DNA of 64,000 nucleotides from Dehalococcoidia bacterium (GTDB lineage Bacteria > Chloroflexota > Dehalococcoidia > SZUA-161 > JAUWZY01): positions 75,068 to 139,067 of the forward strand of contig DAOULY010000017.1 in NCBI GenBank assembly GCA_034414595.1, given 5' to 3'. The position numbers were made by a program, and so were the translations under genes. Numbering within the stretch: position 1 is the first letter of the stretch; each line of letters opens with the position of its first letter. Below the pieces are notes generated by a model that searched no databases, was not told the origin of the DNA, and worked only from the letters and a program-made list of their open reading frames with translations. This document shows, piece by piece, positions 35,451 through 43,477 of the stretch.

Positions 35451-35705
35451 ATGAGCAAACTCAGTTATCTAAGTCTGTGGTCACGAGATCACCCTGACGT
35501 CATTGCCGCCATAGTTGGGCTTCTGCTCGGTACCGTGATTTCCTTCTTGAATTTCATCTACTCCAATGCCTATTTGATTGCTATGGGGCCGCTGCTGGCA
35601 GGCGCCTGCCTTCTCTATCTGGTATTTCGTCGCAAGTGGCTCACTGTGCGGCGTGATACCGAGGTTAATAGAAGACTTTTTCTTGTATCACGCTATACAG
35701 ATTAG
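35451..35705 (+). pseudogene. Truncated 5' fragment (about 80 codons) paralogous to the N-terminus of the 625-aa GT-C-like membrane protein (21640)
   Basis: MSKLSYLSLWSRDHPDVIAAIVGLLLGTVISFLNFIYSNAYLIAMGPLLAGACLLYLVFRRKW...RRLFLV aligns with MGKLTSLWSQEKIDVIAAIAGLLLGIVISCLNFIYSNAYLITIGPLLAAACLLYLVFHRKW...RRLFLV. The two share an identical 29-nt run. Homology stops at about 35690, followed by a stop. Confidence 0.7.
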
Positions 35706-37000
35706 TGGAGAGACAATTGGCGAAAGTCCTGTTTGTGCCTGCTAATGGCCGGGAAGTTACCCAGTCTGCTCTGGTCAAACCTGAGTTGGAAAGGCTCGGT
35801 GCCGAAGTTATTGCCATCGCCCTGGATGGCAATATGGAGGCCCAGCTGGAGCGAGATGGCTTTCGCTTCAAGCGACTGGGAGACTACAAGACTATGAATA
35901 TGGTAGATGTCATTGATCAGGAAAACCCTGACCTGGTGCAAGCCAGCTTTGCTGGTGTCTTGCCCGATGTCTACGCACTGGCAGTAGCCGCCAGCTACAG
36001 AGGTATTCCCTATCTACAGATATTCGACGGCGTCGTATTTGACCCCCAGGAAAGGATGAAGAAGGTTTCCTTCTTTCGGGGGTCGTTGCTGATACTCATG
36101 AGGCGGATTTTTCATATCCTGACCCAAGGGGCAAGCCTGCGACGGGTGCTGTGCCTGCTGCGAACGCTTAAGGCCACCAACACTCCAATGCAATTCCTGA
36201 AGGAACTACCGGGAGAGATGTTGAGGTTCGCTTTACCCGCTTACCGCTCTCGGGCCTATAGAAACGGGATGCTCATGGGTGTCCCCGGTCAGTATGCCAA
36301 AGATGTTTTCATTGCCATGGGATATCCTCCCGAAAGTGTGTTCATGGTCGGTCAACCGAGGTTGGATCCAATATTAAACAGACGCTTTGACAACCAAAGC
36401 GTCTTGTCTGGACTGGGTGTGATAGGCGATAGAAGTGTAGCCGTTTTAGCAACTTCGCCGCTCTACCTTTTCTGGAACAGAGAAGATCGAAAAGCGTTTC
36501 TCAGGGCCGTAGTTCGCGCTATCGAGGATTTCCCAGAGGAGCAGCTGGTTATCAAACTGCACCCAGACGAGCGCATTGAGCATTACCAGCGTATGCTACG
36601 GGAGGGCGGTTTTGACAACGTTATCCTCACACGGGATGTCGACCTGTATGAACTTCTTCATGCCTGCAACCTTTTGATGACCACTCATTCCACAGTTGCC
36701 TTGGAGGCCATGCTCTTCGAGAAGCCAGTCATCTGTATCGATTTTACCGGTCGGGTCGCCATATCCCACTATACCAGGGACTGCGCCGCTATAGGCATCC
36801 AGCGGGAAGAAGACCTGGTTCCAGCTATACGTAAAGCCTTGTATGACCCTCAAACCAGGGGAGAGCTGGAGCAAGGCAGGAAGAGGTTCCTCAGCAAGCA
36901 CATCTACAAACCTGATGGGCAAACATCGAGAAGGGTCGCCGAGTTGATTCTGCAGCTGGCGCAGGATTACAAGACGGGAAGCACTCAATCTGAACGCTAA
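35705..37000 (+). CDS. GT-B-like transferase of uncertain family (TagF / Capsule_synth KpsS-KpsC-like)
   Basis: 431-aa ORF. The C-terminal half has VIKLHPDE...LLMTTHSTVALEAMLFEKPVICIDF, a pattern seen in CDP-glycerol glycerophosphotransferases and capsule beta-Kdo transferases. TTG at 35717 (after GGAGAG) is a possible alternative start. Confidence 0.4.
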   Translation: MERQLAKVLFVPANGREVTQSALVKPELERLGAEVIAIALDGNMEAQLERDGFRFKRLGDYKTMNMVDVIDQENPDLVQASFAGVLPDVYALAVAASYRGIPYLQIFDGVVFDPQERMKKVSFFRGSLLILMRRIFHILTQGASLRRVLCLLRTLKATNTPMQFLKELPGEMLRFALPAYRSRAYRNGMLMGVPGQYAKDVFIAMGYPPESVFMVGQPRLDPILNRRFDNQSVLSGLGVIGDRSVAVLATSPLYLFWNREDRKAFLRAVVRAIEDFPEEQLVIKLHPDERIEHYQRMLREGGFDNVILTRDVDLYELLHACNLLMTTHSTVALEAMLFEKPVICIDFTGRVAISHYTRDCAAIGIQREEDLVPAIRKALYDPQTRGELEQGRKRFLSKHIYKPDGQTSRRVAELILQLAQDYKTGSTQSER

Positions 37001-37355
37001 GGCGAGGATTGGAGATTGTATAAGTCTGTCTCTGTATCGGCGAATACTCTGGTAGCGGGGAGTATCGCCCATGATGCTCCCTTAGTAAGGTATGAATACA
37101 CCCCAAATACGAGCCAAACGTTCGATGTTGCCGAGTTCAATCTGAATTGAACGGCAGGTGGCCAACATAGTTCTGTTGAGGGATTGTGACAGTTGCGGTA
37201 AAGGCATAAAATGTTTAATATAGGTTTTATAGATAGGAGCTTCAATTAACATAGAGTGCATGATAAGAATGGATAGAGAATATACCAGTCCCGCCGGCGC
37301 TGTCAGTTGAGGGAAAGAGTTCCTATCCAGTAGACTATATGGAGGCGACAATCCA

Positions 37356-38825
37356 GTGAGTGCTGTGAGGGTTACGTTAGTCAGGCCACCTCATTCCGGT
37401 GTTTACGGGGTATATAAGCCGGTGACAAAAAGGGGTGATGTAGTTGGGATTCCCAAGGACCGGGAGATTAAACCACCTCTTGGGCTACTATATCTGGCAG
37501 GAGCACTGGAATCCATCGGCATCGACGTTACCATAGTCGATGCCGAGCCAGACGTGCTTACTAATGAACAGATTATGGAGAGGATAGTAGCCTCCGAGCC
37601 CCATTTTGTTGGCGTAACCTCCACTACTCCTGAGTTCCATTTAGCCACAGATATAATTAGACGGGTGAAGAGACACGATCCCGGCATAATCACCATGATG
37701 GGAGGTTCTCACGTCTCTGCGATTCCGGAGGAGACATTACAAGATTGCCCTGATATCGATTATGTGGTAGTAGGGGAAGGAGAGGAAAGCATTAAGAGGA
37801 TCGTTAGCGAAAAACCCGAAGAAAGGATTATAGTTTCGGATGTTATAGAAGACCTGGACAAGTTACCATTGCCGGCGCGACATCTGGTAGATTATGGGCG
37901 TTACCGCAGTCCCGAGCCTGGTAGGGGGCTGATCAAGACAGATGCCATAGAGACCTCTCGAGGTTGCCCGTTCCGTTGTGCCTTCTGCTACCATATGCAT
38001 GCCAAGGTTAGATTCAGGGATGTAATCAAAGTCGTTGACGAGATAGAGGAATCACACAAGAAGACGGGGGCGATACTGTTCAATTTCTTCGATGACACCT
38101 TTACCTTGAAAAAGGACAGGGCAATTGCCATTTGTGATGAGATCATAAAAAGGGATTTGGGGTTGACGTTTTATTGTTTTACCCGGGCTGATACCTTGAG
38201 CAAGGAACTCCTGGAGAAAATGACACAGGCCGGGTTTGTCAGAATAACCACTGGCATCGAGTCTGGCAATCAGAAAATGTTGGATAGATTTAACAAGGGA
38301 ACTAAGCTCGAGCAATATGAGCGCGTCTACCAGTGGATGGTGGAATTGGGCCTGGAGACCAGAGGCAGCTTTATCATAGGAGGCCCTCACGAAACGCCTG
38401 AGACTATAGGGGATTCCATAAGATTCGCCAAGAGCCTGCCACTATATAGGATTGGTGTAAATATCTTGACACCATATCCAGGTACCGAGATGTACCGGAT
38501 AGCGGTGGACGAAGGTAATGGTCTGCGCTTGGTCTGCAAAGATTGGAAAGACTTTCGCAGATGGGGGACGAGCGTTGTGGAAACAGATGCTCTATCAGCA
38601 GCAGACTTGGAGTACTATCAAAAGAAGTTCTTGAGAGAGTTCTACGCCAGTCGCAAGGTGCTCTTTTATCACCTTAAACAGTTCCTAAAGGGCAACCATT
38701 CCTATTTCTTCTTCAGGCCTGTTCTCTTTGCCATCAAGGATCGGGTTGTGTCCGTCTTCGTTGAGCGCTTCAAACCGCATAAGCTTACGCCTCCTTCCAA
38801 GGAGACGAAATCGCAGACCGCATGA
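37356..38825 (+). CDS. Cobalamin (B12)-binding-domain radical SAM protein (class B, putative methyltransferase)
   Basis: 489-aa ORF (GTG start). The N-terminal B12-binding-like Rossmann region has LLYLAGALESIGIDVTIVDA...HFVGVTSTT. The radical SAM motif is SRGCPFRCAFCY. Confidence 0.75.
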   Translation: MSAVRVTLVRPPHSGVYGVYKPVTKRGDVVGIPKDREIKPPLGLLYLAGALESIGIDVTIVDAEPDVLTNEQIMERIVASEPHFVGVTSTTPEFHLATDIIRRVKRHDPGIITMMGGSHVSAIPEETLQDCPDIDYVVVGEGEESIKRIVSEKPEERIIVSDVIEDLDKLPLPARHLVDYGRYRSPEPGRGLIKTDAIETSRGCPFRCAFCYHMHAKVRFRDVIKVVDEIEESHKKTGAILFNFFDDTFTLKKDRAIAICDEIIKRDLGLTFYCFTRADTLSKELLEKMTQAGFVRITTGIESGNQKMLDRFNKGTKLEQYERVYQWMVELGLETRGSFIIGGPHETPETIGDSIRFAKSLPLYRIGVNILTPYPGTEMYRIAVDEGNGLRLVCKDWKDFRRWGTSVVETDALSAADLEYYQKKFLREFYASRKVLFYHLKQFLKGNHSYFFFRPVLFAIKDRVVSVFVERFKPHKLTPPSKETKSQTA

Positions 38826-38865
38826 CCAGCACTGGCAAGAGTAGGGGGAGGTCAAACAGGGGTAG

Positions 38866-40470
38866 GTGGTTGATGTGATTATCGCTATAATTCCAGCCAA
38901 AGAGGAATCAACCAGATTACCTGGGAAGAATATGATCAAGATCAATGGCGAGACTTTGGTGGGTCACGCCATTAACTATGCTAGGACTTCCCATCGCATC
39001 GATCGAATTTATGTTTCCACTGATTCCGACACTATAGCTGCCTATGCACACAAAATGGGCGTTGATGTTATTCGTCGAGGTTCTGATCTCGGCGGTGATA
39101 CTCCTCTTTTAGATGTCTATAAGCATGCTTGGACGCAGATCGACGATGTGCGAATAACCCACATCGTAGGTATTCAACCCGATCATGTGGGCAGAAAAAC
39201 GGATCTGGATCAGGCTATCGAATATGCTCTCCAGAAAGGGGTGGATGAGCTTTTTACTGTAGATAGGCACGGCTGTCGTAACGGAGCTCTGCGCATTTTG
39301 GGTCTCAATGCCCTGGAGGCTCAGCCCCCAGTCTGGTCCGTTACCATTATGGACGATTGCACCAATGTACACACTCCTCTTGACTTCGAGATCGCTAAGA
39401 GGGGTCTCGGGCAAAGGTCTGGACCTATTATGGTCAGGGGCATCGGCATTGGCGAGCAGGAACCAGTTTTTATCGTGGCTGAGGCAGCGGGCAACCACAT
39501 GTGCCGGATGGACATGGCGGAGAAGATGATCGACTTGGCTGCTGAAGCGGGGGCTGATGCTATCAAATTCCAGACCTACAAAGCGGAACGACTGGCCACC
39601 AAAGGAGCTACCTCGTTTTGGGCCGGGAAAGAGATCTCGCAGGTAGAATATTACAGCAGGTTGGACAAGTTCGGCGAAGAGGAGTATGCTCACTTATTTC
39701 GATATGCAGAGAAGAAGGGCATCATTGCCTTTTCCACTGCCTTTGATCTGGATAGCGCTTCCATGCTGAATTCCCTGGGCATGCCTCTATTCAAGATCGC
39801 CTCCGCTGACTTGCCGGATAAAAGATTGCTCAGACATGTTGCTGGGTTTGGCAAGCCCATCATTTTGTCCACCGGTGCCTCAGAGCCAGGGGAGATCGAC
39901 GAGGCAGTCGCCACAATTTATGCCACGGGCAATTATCAGTTGGTCCTCATGGCCTGCACATTAAGCTATCCTACAGAGGTTAATAATGCCAACTTGAGGC
40001 GCATCCAAATCCTGCGAGAGAGATACCCCGGGGTGATCATCGGGCTTTCTGATCATACCGAGCCGGATGATAATATGGCCATCCCGGCTATCGCGGTTGC
40101 CCTGGGCGCCAAAGTTATTGAGAAGCACTATACCCTTGACCGCAACCTCACTGGTTCCAGCCATTCCTTTTCGGCCAATCCGCAAGACCTGAAAAAGATG
40201 GTGGCCAACATACGCCTTGCGGAGAAGGTTCTGGGTGAGGGGGGACTGGGCGTTTCCGCTGCGGAACAAGCAGCTTGGGCCAGCGCCAGGAGGAGCATTG
40301 TGGCTGAGAAGGAGATCAAAGCAGGTGATTTAATCAGCAGCGATATGGTGGCAACGAAACGTCCCGGAGGCGGATTGTCGCCTTCTATGATTGATGCTGT
40401 GCTGGGCAAAAAGGCTCGATGCAATATCAGTCCGGATGAGCAGATTTCACTGGACATGATTGAGGAATGA
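38866..40470 (+). CDS. Fusion protein: N-terminal acylneuraminate cytidylyltransferase-like domain plus C-terminal NeuB-family sugar-acid synthase with SAF domain
   Basis: 534-aa ORF. The N-terminal domain has IIAIIPAKEESTRLPGKNM...VSTDSD. The central part has FIVAEAAGNH...ADAIKFQTYK...FKIASADL...ILSTGAS...GLSDHT...IEKHYTLD. The C-terminal SAF domain has RRSIVAEKEIKAGDLIS...KRPGGGLSP. Confidence 0.8.
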   Translation: MVDVIIAIIPAKEESTRLPGKNMIKINGETLVGHAINYARTSHRIDRIYVSTDSDTIAAYAHKMGVDVIRRGSDLGGDTPLLDVYKHAWTQIDDVRITHIVGIQPDHVGRKTDLDQAIEYALQKGVDELFTVDRHGCRNGALRILGLNALEAQPPVWSVTIMDDCTNVHTPLDFEIAKRGLGQRSGPIMVRGIGIGEQEPVFIVAEAAGNHMCRMDMAEKMIDLAAEAGADAIKFQTYKAERLATKGATSFWAGKEISQVEYYSRLDKFGEEEYAHLFRYAEKKGIIAFSTAFDLDSASMLNSLGMPLFKIASADLPDKRLLRHVAGFGKPIILSTGASEPGEIDEAVATIYATGNYQLVLMACTLSYPTEVNNANLRRIQILRERYPGVIIGLSDHTEPDDNMAIPAIAVALGAKVIEKHYTLDRNLTGSSHSFSANPQDLKKMVANIRLAEKVLGEGGLGVSAAEQAAWASARRSIVAEKEIKAGDLISSDMVATKRPGGGLSPSMIDAVLGKKARCNISPDEQISLDMIEE

Positions 40471-40471
40471 A

Positions 40472-41821
40472 ATGCCCAAGGTAACTGTCATTATCCCATC
40501 CTATAACTATGGCCGCTACCTCAGGCAGGCGATTTTGAGTGTTCTGGCACAGAGCTTCTCCGATTACGAGGTGGTGATGGTCAATGATTGTTCCACCGAT
40601 AACACCGCTGAGGTACTTCGCGAGTTTGAAGGCCACTCTAAGATCGGAATAATCACTCATCGAGAAAATCAGGGATTTGTCCGAAGCTGCGACGAGGCCA
40701 TTGGGAGTTCCAGCGGCGATTATATCATCCGTCTCGATGCCGATGATTATCTCGATGAAAACGCCCTCCTCGTCTTGTCAAACGTCCTCGACTCCGCTCC
40801 GGAGATCGGTCTGGTCTACCCTGATTACTTCATTGTCTCTGAGGAGGGTAGGGTTCTGGAATTTGTCCGTCTGCCTAAAGTCAATGATGAAGTCAGGCTC
40901 CTTGATATTCCGGCCAACGGCGCAGCGATGATGTTCCGCAGAAAATGCTATCAAGCCGTGGGGGGCTATGACCTCTCGCTCAGTTGTCAGGATGGCTATG
41001 ACCTCTGGTTGAAGTTCCTGGGACGCTTTGGGGTTTACAACGTCAACCTGCCCCTTCTGTACTGTAGACGTCATGGCGCAAACTTCAGTGAGGATAGCGA
41101 GCGGCTCTTGAGTGCGCGCAGGCACGTCAAGCAGAGACACGTTGCTGATGCAGGAATTCCCAAGCCTTGTGCTCTGGGGGTTATACCGGCGAGTGGTAAT
41201 GACTCCTGCGACCGCCTGGCTCTGAGGAAGCTGGGGGATAAACCGTTGCTTGCCTATACCATCGAGGAAGCCTTACGCACTCCAGCTTTAGACCGGGTGG
41301 TCCTGACTACAGAAGATGAGAATGTTGCCTCCGTTGCTCGAAGCTACGGGGTAGAGGCCATCATGCGTCCTTTAGAACTCGCTGGAATGGCGATAGGACA
41401 CTCTGTACTTCATGTGTTGCAAGAGCTCAGGAAGGAAGCATTTCACCCCGATGTGGTAGCCGTGCTTCCCATAAACTCGCCTTTCCGCAAGAATGAACAT
41501 ATCACTGAGGCAATAAACACCCTTATGATCTTTGAAGTGGATAGTGTTGTCTCCATCTGTGAAGACCGAAGCCTTCATTATCGGCACGATGCTGAGGGTC
41601 TAACTCCGCTTTTCCAGAAGGGAGTTCTCCGCCGGCAGCAGGATGCTCTCTACCGTGATAACGGAGCTATCTATCTTTCCCGGTCTGGGGTGATAACCGA
41701 GGATGAGCTCCTTGGCAGCAGAATCGGTCACATAACCATGACACGCGAGCAGAGCCTTCACATCGATAGTGAATTTGATTTCTGGCTTGCCGAGCAGATG
41801 GTGAAAGATGAAATTGGCTAG
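40472..41821 (+). CDS. Fusion protein: N-terminal GT2 glycosyltransferase plus C-terminal acylneuraminate cytidylyltransferase-like domain
   Basis: The N-terminal part has VTVIIPSYNYGRYLRQAILSVLAQSFSDYEVVMVNDCSTDNT and RLDADDY. The C-terminal part has ALGVIPASGNDSCDRLALRKLGDKPLLAYTIEEA...VLTTEDE. ATG 40472 has a GAGGA RBS. The track alternative is TTG 40460. Confidence 0.75.
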   Translation: MPKVTVIIPSYNYGRYLRQAILSVLAQSFSDYEVVMVNDCSTDNTAEVLREFEGHSKIGIITHRENQGFVRSCDEAIGSSSGDYIIRLDADDYLDENALLVLSNVLDSAPEIGLVYPDYFIVSEEGRVLEFVRLPKVNDEVRLLDIPANGAAMMFRRKCYQAVGGYDLSLSCQDGYDLWLKFLGRFGVYNVNLPLLYCRRHGANFSEDSERLLSARRHVKQRHVADAGIPKPCALGVIPASGNDSCDRLALRKLGDKPLLAYTIEEALRTPALDRVVLTTEDENVASVARSYGVEAIMRPLELAGMAIGHSVLHVLQELRKEAFHPDVVAVLPINSPFRKNEHITEAINTLMIFEVDSVVSICEDRSLHYRHDAEGLTPLFQKGVLRRQQDALYRDNGAIYLSRSGVITEDELLGSRIGHITMTREQSLHIDSEFDFWLAEQMVKDEIG

Positions 41822-42476
41822 CTTGGTTCCCAATTTTCTCAAGCCATTGTTGCGGCCCATATACAGAAAGGTCACTCATCGTCCAAAAACCCGCGATGAG
41901 CTTCATCGCTATTGGAGGCGACCCTGGGATGGCTCAAATCTCCCTCAAGGCTATTTTGAGGGGGATGAGAAGAGCGAGCTCCTTCTTAGGTTGATAGAAA
42001 AGTATGCCGATCACCAATCAAGGATTCTGGAGATCGGCTGCAATGTAGGCAGGAACTTGAATTGCCTGTACACGGCCGGTTTCAGGAGGTTAGAAGGCAT
42101 AGAGATCAGTGAAGAGGCTGTGGAATTGCTTAAGCAATCCTATCCTGAGATGGGAGGTAACAGTGGAATTCACAACGCCCCTGTGGAAGACATAATCAAG
42201 GAGTTTGAAGATGGCGAATTCGATATTGTGTTTACCATGGCTGTCTTGGAGCATATCCATAGGGATAGCGAATGGATATTTGCTGAAATGGTGAGGACAA
42301 CGAGGGGCTTTCTTGTCACTGTTGAGGACGAGCGGGGTATATCGTGGAGACATTTTCCCCGTAATTACCGGAAAGTCTTTGAGCGCTTGGGCCTGAAGCA
42401 AATAGAAGAATTCAAATGCGATGAGGTGGATGGTTTGGGGCGTAACTTTTATGCCAGGGTTTTCCAGAAGGTGTAG
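41808..42476 (+). CDS. Class I SAM-dependent methyltransferase
   Basis: 222-aa ORF. ILEIGCNVGRNL (motif I) and FDIVFTMAVLEHI are present. Confidence 0.65.
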   Translation: MKLASLVPNFLKPLLRPIYRKVTHRPKTRDELHRYWRRPWDGSNLPQGYFEGDEKSELLLRLIEKYADHQSRILEIGCNVGRNLNCLYTAGFRRLEGIEISEEAVELLKQSYPEMGGNSGIHNAPVEDIIKEFEDGEFDIVFTMAVLEHIHRDSEWIFAEMVRTTRGFLVTVEDERGISWRHFPRNYRKVFERLGLKQIEEFKCDEVDGLGRNFYARVFQKV

Positions 42477-42591
42477 ACGTGCTCAATCTCGGTCGAATAG
42501 GTGGGCGACACATAGCAAGAGAGGTCGATATAATGAAAACTCACGATTCGGGCTTCGGGGCCGGTTAGCAGGCAAAGGGATAGGAGACGCC

Positions 42592-43185
42592 ATGAACAGA
42601 GCAACTTCTATGCGTCGTGAGATTGCCAAAAGTCTGGAGGAAAGCGCCCGGCTAAAGAGAGCTATCGCCGAAAGCAATCTCGATGAGATAGAGCGCATAG
42701 TTGAGTTTATCCTTACAGCATATCGGACAGGACACAAGGTGGTTCTATTTGGTAACGGAGGAAGCGCAGCCGACGCTCAGCACATCGCTTGTGAGTTGGT
42801 GGGACGATTTGCGCATAAGAGGCGAGCTTTCCCGGCTATAGCACTAACCACAGACACTTCCATATTGACCGCAGTAGCCAATGATTATGGATATGACACT
42901 GTCTTCAGTCGCCAAGTGGAAGCATTAGTGAATGAAAAGGATGTGGTCATCGCTATTAGCACTAGCGGGAATTCGCCGAATGTGATAGGGGCGGTAGAGA
43001 TGGCGAAAATGAAGGGAGCGACAACCATTGGCTTGACCGGAGGCGACGGGGGCAGGCTTGCTCAAGTAGCAGATTTGACTTTGAGCGTGCCGTCTCATGT
43101 TACCCCTCGAATTCAAGAAGCTCATATCACTATCGGACATATCGTCTGTGAACTGGTGGAAAAAGAGTTGGCGAGTGCTGCTTAG
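42592..43185 (+). CDS. gmhA: D-sedoheptulose-7-phosphate isomerase (SIS domain)
   Basis: VVLFGNGGSAADAQHIACELVGRF, ALTTDTSILTAVANDYGYD, ISTSGNSPNV and the C-terminal QEAHITIGH are present. ATG 42592 is preceded by GGAG. The track ORF start 42421 gives an implausible Arg-rich leader. Confidence 0.85.
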   Translation: MNRATSMRREIAKSLEESARLKRAIAESNLDEIERIVEFILTAYRTGHKVVLFGNGGSAADAQHIACELVGRFAHKRRAFPAIALTTDTSILTAVANDYGYDTVFSRQVEALVNEKDVVIAISTSGNSPNVIGAVEMAKMKGATTIGLTGGDGGRLAQVADLTLSVPSHVTPRIQEAHITIGHIVCELVEKELASAA

Positions 43186-43208
43186 TCTCGCTGGAGAGGA
43201 AACCGGGG

Positions 43209-43361
43209 ATGGAGAAAGCTGTATTCTTAGATCGGGATGTAGTTATTGTTGAGGACACTGGCTATCTTCATCAAATTAGTGAAGTTAGGTTCTTGCCCAA
43301 AGTAAGAGAAGCCATCAAACTCTTAAATAGCGCCAGATTATGTCGCTGCGGGTTTGTATGA
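43209..43361 (+). pseudogene. gmhB: Truncated/decayed D,D-heptose-1,7-bisphosphate phosphatase (HAD) gene
   Basis: The 50-codon ORF MEKAVFLDRDVVIVEDTGYLHQISEVRFLPKVREAIKLLNSARLCRCGFV* matches the first third of GmhB (FLDRDG.I....GY.......F.PG..EA...L). DRDG has become DRDV. The HAD motifs II-IV are missing before the next gene at 43478. Confidence 0.55.
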
Positions 43362-43477
43362 GGCGGTGGAGTGGGTAGTGAAGGCGGGCAGTTTGAGCAG
43401 CTCCTGTTTGTTGCTGCCAGGAAAGCTTTGTGATACGATGAAGTGTTATCCAAACGTGGCGGGATCGCTGGAGTAGC

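Noticed and set aside
42421-42591. Upstream extension of gmhA (track start 42421)
   Set aside because: The extension encodes an Arg/Trp-rich leader with no homology logic and overlaps the preceding methyltransferase. ATG 42592 has a GGAG RBS and gives a normal-length GmhA.
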